Origin: Campylobacterales bacterium
GTDB lineage: Bacteria; Campylobacterota; Campylobacteria; Campylobacterales; Nitratiruptoraceae
Assembly (NCBI GenBank): GCA_027024145.1
Contig: JALVTF010000062.1
Location: 12,649-76,648, forward strand
Length of the DNA: 64,000 bases
Reading direction: 5' to 3'
The position numbers and the translations under genes were made by a program. Below are positions 47,281-56,595 of this stretch, in pieces (the stretch's first letter is position 1; every line of letters starts with the position of its first letter). The notes under the pieces are model-generated. The model was not told the DNA's origin, did not search any database, and saw only the letters and a program-made list of their open reading frames with translations.

Positions 47281-48349
47281 TGTAGACTTTTTTGAGATTT
47301 TCGAGCTTGCTGGTGGCATTCAAAAGCAGCATATCGGCCAGCACCAGCGCCATCATCGCCTCAGCCACCACACTGCCGCGCGCCGCGACGAAGGGGTCGT
47401 GGCGCCCCTTGAGCTCCACCTCCACCTCGTTGCCGTGGATATCCACGGAGCGCTGCTTTTGAAAGATTGAGGGAGTAGGCTTGAAATAGACTTTGGCCAC
47501 TACGTCTTCGCCGTTGCTAATTCCCCCTAATATGCCGCCTGCGTTGTTGGTGACAAAGCCCTCTTTGGTGATTTCGTCGTTGTTCACAGATCCCAAAAGC
47601 TTGCTGGCCTCGGCTCCCAGGCCGATTTCCACTGCTTTAGCGGCATTGATACTCATAAGAGCGCTGGCAAGCACTGCATCGAGCTTGTAATAGATCGGCT
47701 CGCCCAGCCCCACCGGCACGCCGCTCGCTCGCACCAGCACCGCGCCGCCTACGCTATCGTGCGCGTTTTTGGCCTCCAATATCGCAGCCTTCTGGCGCTC
47801 CTCTACGCTTGGATCGAGTGCGAAAATTTCACTGCTTTTGGCATGAGCAAAGTCGTACTCTTTGGCTGCAATCCCCGCCACTTCGCACACACCGGCTTCC
47901 ACTTCGATGCCAAATTCTCTTAGCAACAGCTTCGCTACGGCTCCCGCCGCCACTCTGGCCGCCGTCTCTCTGGCGCTGCTGCGCCCGCCACCGCGATAGT
48001 CGCGGATGCCGTATTTGTGATGGTAGGTAAAATCCGCGTGGCCGGGACGGAAGATATCTTTGATGTTGTAGTAGTCTTTGGACTTTTGATCTTTATTGAA
48101 TATCACCATCGCGATGGGTGTGCCGGTGGCCTTGCCCTCGAAGACACCGCTGAGGATCTCGACGGTGTCGCTCTCTTTGCGAGCGGTAGCAAACTTGCTC
48201 TTGCCGGGACGCCTGCGATCCAGCTCGCTTTGGATGAACTCCTCATCGATCACGAGTCCTGCCGGCACGCCGTCGACCACACAGCCGATCGCCTTGCCGT
48301 GGGACTCTCCGAAAGTGGTGAAACGAAATTTGATACCGAAACTATTCAT
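47273..48349 (-). CDS. aroC: Chorismate synthase
   Basis: [35 protein letters not shown]. Confidence 0.95.
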   Translation of the reverse strand: MNSFGIKFRFTTFGESHGKAIGCVVDGVPAGLVIDEEFIQSELDRRRPGKSKFATARKESDTVEILSGVFEGKATGTPIAMVIFNKDQKSKDYYNIKDIFRPGHADFTYHHKYGIRDYRGGGRSSARETAARVAAGAVAKLLLREFGIEVEAGVCEVAGIAAKEYDFAHAKSSEIFALDPSVEERQKAAILEAKNAHDSVGGAVLVRASGVPVGLGEPIYYKLDAVLASALMSINAAKAVEIGLGAEASKLLGSVNNDEITKEGFVTNNAGGILGGISNGEDVVAKVYFKPTPSIFQKQRSVDIHGNEVEVELKGRHDPFVAARGSVVAEAMMALVLADMLLLNATSKLENLKKVYNG

Positions 48350-49022
48350 TCTTCGCCTTCAAAATCGCCAGCGCCTTCTTGGCGGCCTCTTGCTGTGCGT
48401 TTTTCTTGCTGCGCCCTTTGGCAGTGGCGATGGTCTCGTCATGCAGCTGCACCGCCACTTCGAACTCTTTTTGGTGATCGGGACCACTGGAACCCAAGAG
48501 CTTATAGGTAGGAGTCACGCCGTAGCGCGCTTGCGTGAGCTCTTGGAGGGTGGTTTTGTAGTCTTTAAAGAGCGATCCAAGATCGATCTTGGGATATTCG
48601 GCCTCAAGAAGTGAGAGCGTTATTTCGCGCACTTTTTCAAGCCCTTTTTCTAAATAGAGCGCTCCCATCACCGCCTCGAAAGCGTTGGAGAGAAGGCTTG
48701 GCTTCGTGCGGCCGCGGTTGTTCTCTTCGGCTTGGGAGATGAAGATATACTCACCGATTCCGAGGCGATTAGCCAGCTTCGCAAACCCCTCTTCGTTAAC
48801 CAGTGAAGCGCGCAGTTTCGACAGCTCCCCTTCGTTGGCTTTGGGAAATTTTTTGAATAGATATTCCCCCACTACGAGGTCCAACACCGCATCGCCCAAA
48901 AATTCGAGCCGTTCGTTGTTGTAGGGAGCTTTGTAGCTTTTGTGGGTGAGTGCTTCTTTGAGGAGCTCTTTGTCGCTAAATACGTAGCCCAGTCTCTTTT
49001 CAAACTCTGCCAACTTTTCCAT
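48342..49022 (-). CDS. rnc: Ribonuclease III
   Basis: [12 protein letters not shown] signature and a C-terminal dsRBD. The ATG at 49022 follows the SD GAAGGAAAA. Confidence 0.93.
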   Translation of the reverse strand: MEKLAEFEKRLGYVFSDKELLKEALTHKSYKAPYNNERLEFLGDAVLDLVVGEYLFKKFPKANEGELSKLRASLVNEEGFAKLANRLGIGEYIFISQAEENNRGRTKPSLLSNAFEAVMGALYLEKGLEKVREITLSLLEAEYPKIDLGSLFKDYKTTLQELTQARYGVTPTYKLLGSSGPDHQKEFEVAVQLHDETIATAKGRSKKNAQQEAAKKALAILKAKNE

Positions 49023-49073
49023 CGCTTTTCCTTCGAAAAGAGACAAAGTAGCGGAGCCATCTCCACTCCTTTG

Positions 49074-49496
49074 TCACTTTTGATATTGCTGTGCCATCTC
49101 TTTTGCTATTGTATCACATCTTTCGTTCTCTTCGTGTCCCGCGTGGCCCTTGACCCAGTGCGCTCGTATTTTATGGGGTGCGGCGACTTCCAAAAACTCC
49201 CGCCAAAGATCGGGGTTTTTGACGTTTTTGAAGTTTTTCTTCTGCCAGTTTGATAGCCATTCGTTGATAGCCCGCACCACGTAGTTTGAGTCGCTGTAGA
49301 TATCCACGATACAGGGCTCTTTGAGCGCTTTAAGCCCTTCGATGACGGCGCGTAGCTCCATGCGGTTGTTGGTGGTATGGGGCTCGCCGCCTTTTATGAT
49401 GCGCTCTTTATCTTTGTAGCGCAGTATCGCACAGTATCCGCCGGGCCCCGGATTGCCCAGGCTCGAGCCGTCACTGAAAAGAGTCACCTGTTTCAT
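49074..49496 (-). CDS. rnhA: Ribonuclease HI
   Basis: LFSDGSSLGNPGPGGY...TNNRMEL...VKGHAGHEENERCD. Confidence 0.93.
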   Translation of the reverse strand: MKQVTLFSDGSSLGNPGPGGYCAILRYKDKERIIKGGEPHTTNNRMELRAVIEGLKALKEPCIVDIYSDSNYVVRAINEWLSNWQKKNFKNVKNPDLWREFLEVAAPHKIRAHWVKGHAGHEENERCDTIAKEMAQQYQK

Positions 49497-50451
49497 AGTC
49501 GCCTTTCTTCGCTAAGACCAACTCCACCTGCGGTGAGCGCACGCAGCCACACTGTGGGCACATTGTAAATGGGAAAGGGAAGATGTTTTTGCACTTTTTG
49601 CATAGATATTCGAAATCGAGCGTGGCTTTAGGGTAGTGCAGGAGGATATCGAGCTCGAAAATCGCACTCGTTGTAGCCTTTTGGATATAACCCTTGGCGC
49701 TGTAGAGCTCTCGCAAAAAAGGATGATCGAACTTCGCTGCTTCTTTTGGCAGCTGCCACAAAATATCGATGATCGCTTCGTAGTCTTTGGGATTTAACTC
49801 CCGCCACGCACGATCGGGATCTATGTGAAACAGGTACTCAAAAACGATACGCACGAAGTCGCTATTTTTTTTATATATATCGATGAGCAGCTCGGTCTGC
49901 CCTGTGGCGATATAATGCTGCGCTCGCAGATGCAGGGTCTTAGGAGTTGTACTTCCAAGCTCTTCGAGAATCGATGCCACCTCCATCGCTTCGTCCATAA
50001 GTCCCATCTTCTCATCCACTACCATCAATTTTTCCAAAATCTCAGGACTGCGCGGTTTGTAGCGCAAAATCTCTTCATATATCTCTTTACTGCGCTGCAA
50101 AAAGCCGCCTTTTTTGTAGATATCTCCCAATATTTCCAAAATCTCCAGGCGCTCTTGGATGTCGCTTTGGTCTTTGAGCTGCTGGTAGATCGTTATCGCC
50201 TCTTCGTATTTTCCCTCTTTGGCAAAGCTCTGCGCTAATTGCTTGAGTATGTCGCGTGCTTCCAATGTTTTGGGAAGTTTTCCGAAGGCGTCGCTGTACT
50301 CGAACCTTTTGAAAAACTCCTCCACACTATCTTTTTGGCGGCGAAATTTCACAAGCGACCAACTGTAGCTAAAAAAGGAGATGATGAAAATGAGGCCGAA
50401 AAAGACTAAAAGACCAAAGAGTGGATCGCGGTACGCCAGCAAAAAATCCAA
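49471..50451 (-). CDS. Membrane-anchored TPR protein with a C-terminal zinc ribbon (LapB/YciM-like architecture)
   Basis: N-terminal TM, TPR-like repeats, and C-terminal CKKC...CPQCG. TTG start after AAAGGAGAGG. Confidence 0.65.
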   Translation of the reverse strand: MDFLLAYRDPLFGLLVFFGLIFIISFFSYSWSLVKFRRQKDSVEEFFKRFEYSDAFGKLPKTLEARDILKQLAQSFAKEGKYEEAITIYQQLKDQSDIQERLEILEILGDIYKKGGFLQRSKEIYEEILRYKPRSPEILEKLMVVDEKMGLMDEAMEVASILEELGSTTPKTLHLRAQHYIATGQTELLIDIYKKNSDFVRIVFEYLFHIDPDRAWRELNPKDYEAIIDILWQLPKEAAKFDHPFLRELYSAKGYIQKATTSAIFELDILLHYPKATLDFEYLCKKCKNIFPFPFTMCPQCGCVRSPQVELVLAKKGDYETGDSFQ

Positions 50452-50469
50452 AGCCTCTCCTTTGGCGAA

Positions 50470-50482
50470 ATTATACTATAAT
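50470..50482. promoter_or_regulatory. Back-to-back divergent -10 hexamers forming the palindrome ATTATA-c-TATAAT
   Basis: Minus-strand TATAAT (50470-50475) serves the TPR operon. Plus-strand TATAAT (50477-50482) lies 6 nt before the dnaG ATG. Confidence 0.4.
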
Positions 50483-50488
50483 AGCGCA

Positions 50489-52120
50489 ATGATAGACAGA
50501 AGCTCCATCGAACAACTCAAAAACGTCGTCGACATCGTCGATGTGGTAGGCAACTACATCGAACTCAAAAAAGCAGGCACCAACTACAAGGCGCTATGCC
50601 CTTTTCACGACGAGGATACTCCCAGTTTCGTGGTGAGTCCATCCAAGCAGATTTTTCACTGTTTTGGCTGTGGTGCGGGGGGTGATGCCATCAAGTTCGT
50701 GATGGAGTATGAAAAGCTCAGCTACCCAGAAGCTGTGGAGAAACTGGCTTCGATGTACAACTTTACGCTGCGCTACGACAAGGGCCAAAGCGACTTAGCA
50801 CCACTTTTTAAGGCGCTGGAGCTTATCAACGAGTACTACAAGAAAAACCTCTTTACCCACCAAAAAGCGCTGGGCTATCTCAAAGAGCGGGGCGTGAGTG
50901 ATGCCAGCATCGAAAAGTTCGAATTAGGTTACGCACCGGACTCCAAAAGTCAACTCGATTTCTTGCGCTCGCATCTGATCAACCCCAAAGACGCTCTGAC
51001 AGCCGGCATCTTGGCCCAGGAGGGGGATCGCGTCTATGCCAGGATGATAGAGCGCATCACCTTCCCCATCTACTCGCCCAAAGGCGCGATCGTGGGATTT
51101 GGCGGCCGCACCATTACTGGCCACCCCGCCAAGTATCTCAACTCCCCGGAAACCAAGCTCTTCCACAAATCCAAGATCCTCTACGGCTACCACATCGCCA
51201 AGGATGCGATCTTTCGCCAAAAGCAGATGATCGTGTGCGAGGGATATCTCGATGTGGTGATGCTCCATCAGGCAGGTTTCGCTACGGCCGTAGCGACACT
51301 GGGAACGGCGCTGACAGCCGCGCACCTGCCTCTCATACGCCGCGGCGAGCCGCAAGTGATTCTCGCTTATGATGGTGACAAGGCCGGCATAGCCGCGGCG
51401 ATGAAGGCAAGTAAGCTGCTCAGCAGCCACGATATCGAAGGAGGCGTGGTAATCTTCCCAGCCGGCCAAGATCCTGCCGATATGGTCAAAGCAGGCAAGA
51501 TAGAAGAGTTGCGCGCACTTTTTGCTCAGCCACGCCCCTTCGCGGAATTTATCCTCGAAACCATCGTCAAAAGCCACGATCTTACTAACCCGAAAGAAAA
51601 ACAAAAGGCACTGTATGAGGGCATCGCCTACCTACGCACACTCCCCGAACTCGTGGCCGAAGAGTATAAAAACTTCTTAGCAGCCCTCTTAGGCATCCTG
51701 CCATCGAAAATCCATCTGCACCACAAAAGCGCTCCCCAAACCCCCGCACAGTTAGAGACCAAAGATACCAAGGAGCTTAGCGTCATCAAGACTATCCTCT
51801 TGCACCCCGAACTCATCGATAGCGTGCTCGACATCATCTCGCCCGAGCACTTTTTGTACCACAAGGCCGAATTTTCCCTCGCTCTTGAGGGAAACACAGA
51901 CCATCCCGCGCTACGTGCAATACTTCTCGATGAAGATATCCACCCCATTCCCCAAGAGGCCTTAACGCGAGAATTATTATCTTTTTTGATAAAATACTAC
52001 GAAAAGAGGATACGCCAAGTGGCCAAATCGCAGCTTCCCTTCGAAGAGAAGAGCTTTTTGATTCGCAAATACAAAGAAAATATCCTCAAACTACGTCAAG
52101 GAGAGATCGTTGTCGAATAA
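50489..52120 (+). CDS. dnaG: DNA primase
   Basis: CPFHDEDTPSFVVSPSKQIFHCFGCGAGGD zinc finger and TOPRIM (CEGYLDVV). The ATG at 50489 matches the usual N-terminus. The tracked start at 50381 overlaps the divergent gene. Confidence 0.93.
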   Translation: MIDRSSIEQLKNVVDIVDVVGNYIELKKAGTNYKALCPFHDEDTPSFVVSPSKQIFHCFGCGAGGDAIKFVMEYEKLSYPEAVEKLASMYNFTLRYDKGQSDLAPLFKALELINEYYKKNLFTHQKALGYLKERGVSDASIEKFELGYAPDSKSQLDFLRSHLINPKDALTAGILAQEGDRVYARMIERITFPIYSPKGAIVGFGGRTITGHPAKYLNSPETKLFHKSKILYGYHIAKDAIFRQKQMIVCEGYLDVVMLHQAGFATAVATLGTALTAAHLPLIRRGEPQVILAYDGDKAGIAAAMKASKLLSSHDIEGGVVIFPAGQDPADMVKAGKIEELRALFAQPRPFAEFILETIVKSHDLTNPKEKQKALYEGIAYLRTLPELVAEEYKNFLAALLGILPSKIHLHHKSAPQTPAQLETKDTKELSVIKTILLHPELIDSVLDIISPEHFLYHKAEFSLALEGNTDHPALRAILLDEDIHPIPQEALTRELLSFLIKYYEKRIRQVAKSQLPFEEKSFLIRKYKENILKLRQGEIVVE

Positions 52121-53102
52121 GATACGTGCGCTGGCACTCTTTAGCGGTGGGCTCGATAGCTTGTTAGCTATGAAGCTTTTGATCGAGCAAGGGATCGAGG
52201 TGATAGGATTGCATTTCGATACCGGTTTTGGAGGACGCGCCAGCGAAGAGAAGAAGCGCTACCTCCAAGAGATTGCCGACAAGATCGGTGCGAAGTTAGA
52301 AATCGTCGATATCAAAGAGCAGTTTATCCAAGAGATCCTCTTCGATCCCAAATATGGCTACGGCAAAAACTTCAACCCCTGTATCGACTGCCACGCCAAT
52401 ATGATCCGCATAGCCAAAGCACTGCTGCCACGCTACGATGCGCACTTCATCATCAGCGGCGAGGTGGTGGGACAGCGCCCTATGAGCCAGCGCTTCGATG
52501 CGCTTAAAAAAGTCGAAAACCTCTCTACTGCCGACGGTCTGATCCTACGTCCCCTCTCGGCCAAACTCCTGCCGCCCACCATCCCAGAGCAAAAGGGATG
52601 GGTGGATAGAGAAAAGCTTCTAGGTATTAGTGGGCGCAGCCGTGAAGTGCAGATGGAGCTGGCCAAAAAGTGGGGGATAGAAAACTATGAGAGTCCCAGC
52701 GGCGGCTGTCTGCTCACTGACGAGAACTTCAGCAAAAAAATCCGCGACCATATCGCATATGACAGCTTTGATGTGGAAGATATCGAAGTGCTCAAATGGG
52801 GACGCCACTTTCGTCTCCCCGGTGGCGCCAAATTAGTAGTCAGCCGCAACAAGGATGAAAACGAGAAACTGCGCAGTCTCACCCTTTCTAAATATATCCT
52901 CTTTTCACTGCCTTTGCCGGGGCCTCTGAGCCTTATTAGCAAAAACACCGGACCTGAAGACAAAGAGCTTGCCGCGCGCATCGCTCTTACGTACTCAAAG
53001 GCCAAGCCTGATGAGACATACGAAGTAAGCATAGGCGACGAAACCTTCAATGTTTCGCCCTTTGCGAGCAAAACCGAAGCCCAAAGGTACTTCATCAAAT
53101 GA
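52110..53102 (+). CDS. PP-loop ATP pyrophosphatase family protein (ThiI/MnmA-like tRNA-thiolation fold)
   Basis: ALALFSGGLDSLLA PP-loop motif and PCIDCH. TTG start 6-7 nt after AAGGAG, overlapping the dnaG 3' end by 11 nt. Confidence 0.65.
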   Translation: MSNKIRALALFSGGLDSLLAMKLLIEQGIEVIGLHFDTGFGGRASEEKKRYLQEIADKIGAKLEIVDIKEQFIQEILFDPKYGYGKNFNPCIDCHANMIRIAKALLPRYDAHFIISGEVVGQRPMSQRFDALKKVENLSTADGLILRPLSAKLLPPTIPEQKGWVDREKLLGISGRSREVQMELAKKWGIENYESPSGGCLLTDENFSKKIRDHIAYDSFDVEDIEVLKWGRHFRLPGGAKLVVSRNKDENEKLRSLTLSKYILFSLPLPGPLSLISKNTGPEDKELAARIALTYSKAKPDETYEVSIGDETFNVSPFASKTEAQRYFIK

Positions 53103-53461
53103 GAAACCAGCCGCGCTACCATCTTTTCAAAAACGCACGCTACGCCATCGAAGGACTCGTAGCGGCACTGCGCGAAGAGACGAGCTTTCGCATCGAGGCG
53201 GTGCTCTTTGTGCTCTTTTCCGTCCTCTTTTGGCTTTTGCCTCTGCATCTTACGTCCAAAGCCCTTTTGCAAGCCTCTCTCTTCTTGCCCCTTATCGTTG
53301 AACTCCTCAATAGCGCCATAGAGCGCACGGTGGACTTGGCATCTGCTGATATCCATCCCCTCGCCAAAGGCGCCAAGGATATGGGCGCCGCGGCGGTACT
53401 TTTGTCGCTGCTGATGACAGTGTGCATCTGGCTTGCGGTTTTTAGCTATGAAATAGGATAG
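53099..53461 (+). CDS. dgkA: Diacylglycerol kinase / undecaprenol kinase family
   Basis: FRIE...ELLNSAIERTVD...AKDMGAAAV, with 3 TM segments. Confidence 0.88.
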   Translation: MRNQPRYHLFKNARYAIEGLVAALREETSFRIEAVLFVLFSVLFWLLPLHLTSKALLQASLFLPLIVELLNSAIERTVDLASADIHPLAKGAKDMGAAAVLLSLLMTVCIWLAVFSYEIG

Positions 53462-53463
53462 CT

Positions 53464-55020
53464 ATGCCTACCGAGGTGGTGATTCTCATTCTCTTCCTCA
53501 TCGCTTCGCTCTCGGCAATCGTGGCGCGTAAAATCCACCTCCCCTTTACCGTGGCTCTCGTGGCGGTAGGGATAGTTTTGGGCAACATGGGCCTCTTGCA
53601 CCCACCCAAACTCACCAAAGAGGTGCTCTTCGCCTTCTTCTTGCCTGGCCTCATCTTCGAAGCGGCCATCCATCTCGATAGCCGCGCGATGCTGCGCGAT
53701 ATATGGAGTATCACGGCTCTCGTGGTCCCCGGAGTCGTGGTCTCGATGCTGGTGAGTGCCGCGATGCTGGTCTACATCGGTCAGGTCTTTCCCCAGATTC
53801 CCTCTGTCAACTGGCCTATAGCGCTCCTCTTCGGTGCTGCAGTTGCGGCCACGGACCCCGTGGCGGTGGTCTCGATATTGCGCGAATTTGGTGCGCCCAA
53901 GAGGCTGCGCCTTTTACTTGAGAGCGAGAGCCTTCTCAATGACGGCACAGGCATCGTGATTTTCGGCCTCGTGCTGGGCTTTATCGATCATCACTTGAAT
54001 TCTGCAGGCTCCATAGCCATGGAGTTTGTGCGTGTGGCAGGGCTTGGTGCTCTGGTGGGCCTTTTGGTGGCACTCGTAATCGCCTGGATGGTGGAGGACC
54101 TCGACGATGCGATGATCGTCATCACCATGACGGTGATCGCCGCCTACGGCTCCTTCGTCATCGCCGACGGTCTCGGAGTCTCGGGGGTCATCGCTTCGGT
54201 GACCACCGGACTCGTGATGCAAAACCGCGTTCTCGCCGCTTCGCGCTATCCATCGGTGCGCCTGAGCGTCGAAGAGTTCTGGGATTTCTTCGCCTTCGCC
54301 CTCAACTCCCTGATCTTCCTGCTCATGGGATTTTCGGTAAACTTTTCGCAGTTGCTCTCTTTCTGGCCGATGATTTTGTTAGCCTACCTTGCCATGACGC
54401 TGGCGCGCATCGTGGTGGTAGGCGGCGTGTGGGCGCTTTTGTATCCTACGAAACTGCACTTCCCGGCCTCCTGGGCGGTGGTGATGTCCTGGGGAGGGCT
54501 CAGGGGTGCGCTCTCGATGGTACTCGCACTCTCACTACCGGACTCTTTAGCCTATAAAGATGTGGTCGTAACGATGGTGTTCGGAGTGGTGATACTCTCT
54601 ATTTTCGTGCAGGGGCTCACCATCGCTCCCCTGGCCAGATGGCTGGGGATTCTTAGCACCAAAGAGGAGCTGGCCGCCTACGAGCTGGCACGCACCCAGG
54701 CGATGCTGGCCCAAAGTGTGCTCGATGAGTTAGATTACTTGCAGCGCCACCACATCGCATCACACGAAACACTCCAAAAAATCGCCGAAGAGTACCAGAG
54801 CATCAAAGAGCAAGCCCAGCAAAACATCCAGCAAAACAAACCCCAAACCCAGCTTCTCACCACCGAAGAGTCCCTGCGCGTGCAGCGCTACCTCATCAAT
54901 CTGCAAAAAAACAGGCTCTTAGAGGCCTACCACAAAGGCTCCATCAGCCACGACGTCTTCGAAAAGCTCAACGCCGAGCTGGATGCGAAACTCCTTGAAA
55001 TAGATAATATGGAAGGCTGA
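53464..55020 (+). CDS. CPA1-family Na+(K+)/H+ antiporter (NhaP-type) with a C-terminal cytoplasmic tail
   Basis: Multi-TM protein with FGAAVAATDPVAV and ESLLNDGTG motifs. Confidence 0.85.
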   Translation: MPTEVVILILFLIASLSAIVARKIHLPFTVALVAVGIVLGNMGLLHPPKLTKEVLFAFFLPGLIFEAAIHLDSRAMLRDIWSITALVVPGVVVSMLVSAAMLVYIGQVFPQIPSVNWPIALLFGAAVAATDPVAVVSILREFGAPKRLRLLLESESLLNDGTGIVIFGLVLGFIDHHLNSAGSIAMEFVRVAGLGALVGLLVALVIAWMVEDLDDAMIVITMTVIAAYGSFVIADGLGVSGVIASVTTGLVMQNRVLAASRYPSVRLSVEEFWDFFAFALNSLIFLLMGFSVNFSQLLSFWPMILLAYLAMTLARIVVVGGVWALLYPTKLHFPASWAVVMSWGGLRGALSMVLALSLPDSLAYKDVVVTMVFGVVILSIFVQGLTIAPLARWLGILSTKEELAAYELARTQAMLAQSVLDELDYLQRHHIASHETLQKIAEEYQSIKEQAQQNIQQNKPQTQLLTTEESLRVQRYLINLQKNRLLEAYHKGSISHDVFEKLNAELDAKLLEIDNMEG

Positions 55021-56288
55021 TGGGGTCGCTGCACAGCATAGAAGAGACGCTCATAGAAGATATCCGAAAAAATCGCGAGCGCATCGAAAAAGTGGGACCC
55101 GGTATCATCACGGGCGGTGCGGGAGACGACCCAGCAGGCATCGTGACCTACACTCTGGTGGGAGCGCAGACAGGTTTGAGCCAATTATGGCTGATGCTCC
55201 TCTCCACTCCCATGATGATAGCGATTCAGAGCATGGCGGCACGCGCGGCAATCGTCACAGGCAAGAGCCTCCCCGAAATCACCAACACCTTCTACTCCAA
55301 AAAACTCACTGTAGTGATGGTGCTCATCTTGGCTATCGCCAATATCCTCACCATCGGTGCAGATATCAACGCCATCGCCGTGGTGCTGCATCTGCTTAGC
55401 GGCGTATCGACTATCTTTTATCTCATTTTCGTCACGGCACTCATAGGTGCGCTCGTGATATTCGGCACATACGGCACCGTCAAACGCATACTCATGGGTA
55501 CTACGTTGATCTTGGGAGTCTACATTATCGCAGCAGTCATGACGCATCCGCCGCTCATGGCGCTTTTGCAAAACACGTTTTTGCCCCATATCCATCTCGA
55601 TACTTCATGGATCGTCGCCGCGCTCGGTCTTTTAGGCACTACGATGTCGCCGTATCTGCTCTTTTGGCAAGCGAGCGAAGAGCACGAAGAGCATGCAAGT
55701 GTGGTACAAGCCGACATCGTCCAAGCGGACACCATCGCAGGCATGGTATGGTCCAATCTCTTGGCCTACTGCATCATCATCACGGGAGCTGCGCTTCTCT
55801 ACGGCGGCGCCGACATCGCATCCCAAGACATCCGCACCCTGGCTCTCACCCTCGCTCCTGTAGCCGGCAAATACGCCTTCGTGCTCTTTTGTATCGGCAT
55901 CATCGTCTCTGGATTCTTGTCCATTCCCGTGCTTGCCGGCTCCACCGCCTATGCCGTGGCCGACACCTTCGGTTGGCGCGAAGGTCTCAGCGAAAAGGTG
56001 AGTGACGCCAAAGGGTTTTACATCGTCTTCATAGGCGCCATGGGTTTTGGAGCTTTGATAGATATCATCCCGGGGATCGATGCCGTCGAGGCACTCTACT
56101 ACTCCCAGGTCCTCGATGGAGTGCTGCTGCCTATCCTCATACTCATTCTCTATGCCATTACGACAAACCGCAAAATTTTAGGAGCGCATACCGCCACGAA
56201 GTTTGAGCGTATCTTTGCATTGATCACCTTTTTCGTTACATCTTTGCTTACAATACTCATGATCGTTCAACTTTTCAAAGGTGCATAG
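55020..56288 (+). CDS. NRAMP (SLC11)-family metal ion transporter, non-canonical site residues
   Basis: GPGIITGGAGDDPAGIVTY TM1-like motif and GTTMSPYLLFW. About 11 TM segments. Confidence 0.75.
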   Translation: MGSLHSIEETLIEDIRKNRERIEKVGPGIITGGAGDDPAGIVTYTLVGAQTGLSQLWLMLLSTPMMIAIQSMAARAAIVTGKSLPEITNTFYSKKLTVVMVLILAIANILTIGADINAIAVVLHLLSGVSTIFYLIFVTALIGALVIFGTYGTVKRILMGTTLILGVYIIAAVMTHPPLMALLQNTFLPHIHLDTSWIVAALGLLGTTMSPYLLFWQASEEHEEHASVVQADIVQADTIAGMVWSNLLAYCIIITGAALLYGGADIASQDIRTLALTLAPVAGKYAFVLFCIGIIVSGFLSIPVLAGSTAYAVADTFGWREGLSEKVSDAKGFYIVFIGAMGFGALIDIIPGIDAVEALYYSQVLDGVLLPILILILYAITTNRKILGAHTATKFERIFALITFFVTSLLTILMIVQLFKGA

Positions 56289-56350
56289 ATACTTTCGCGT
56301 TTATTATGCTAAAGTGTTTCGAGGTATTTGGGATTTTGCAACTTTTTTGC

Positions 56351-56356
56351 TATAAT
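56351..56356 (+). promoter_or_regulatory. Extended -10 (TGcTATAAT) promoter of tRNA-Ala
   Basis: tttTGcTATAATTTCGctcgc. The hexamer ends 9 nt before the tRNA 5' end. Confidence 0.55.
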
Positions 56357-56365
56357 TTCGCTCGC

Positions 56366-56441
56366 GGGGCATTAGCTCAGCTGGGAGAGCGCCACGCTGG
56401 CAGCGTGGAGGTCGCCGGTTCGAGCCCGGCATGCTCCACCA
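56366..56441 (+). tRNA. tRNA-Ala (anticodon GGC)
   Basis: GGGGCAT acceptor with the G3:U70 identity pair, anticodon loop CTGGCAG, GGTTCGAGCCC T-loop, encoded CCA. Confidence 0.9.
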
Positions 56442-56523
56442 AATCTGCAATCTTTCGTTTTTCCAATCTCCGAATACATTCCACCCAATTTTTATCGAAA
56501 CAAGGCAAAAAACTATTGTACGC

Positions 56524-56548
56524 CTATTATGAAGCATATTCATAATAG
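56524..56548. promoter_or_regulatory. Perfect 10-bp inverted repeat CTATTATGAA-n5-TTCATAATAG (operator-like)
   Basis: Read directly from the sequence. Its centre is about 52 bp upstream of the -10 at 56585. Confidence 0.4.
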
Positions 56549-56584
56549 TGAACTATGTTCCTTGCAATTTTTTTACCAATTTTC

Positions 56585-56590
56585 TATAAT
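56585..56590 (+). promoter_or_regulatory. -10 TATAAT 5 nt upstream of the M90 peptidase ATG (leaderless configuration)
   Basis: tcTATAATcacgtATG, with no SD. Confidence 0.4.
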
Positions 56591-56595
56591 CACGT

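Noticed and set aside
50381-50488. N-terminal extensions offered by the ORF track.
- Extensions that reach into a neighbouring gene: dnaG from 50381, the patatin from 57705, rnhB from 44525, secY from 35006, dedA from 47319, the cupin from 6575.
- Upstream extensions that do not overlap a neighbour: the RRM gene from 5992 and the TamA-like gene from 59492.
   Set aside because: In each case there is an internal ATG that restores the conserved family N-terminus. That ATG has either a proper SD or a stop/start overlap with the upstream gene. The two leaderless candidates, dnaG and the TamA-like gene, have neither and rest on the conserved N-terminus together with a -10 box 6 nt upstream.
52685-53356. 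A 223-aa minus-strand ORF across the PP-loop/dgkA junction, and other antisense ORFs in the dnaG-NRAMP operon (50924-51604, 53914-54222, 55185-55595).
   Set aside because: - They are antisense to genes with clear motifs.
- Their translations are biased and low-complexity.
- They lack start-site signals.
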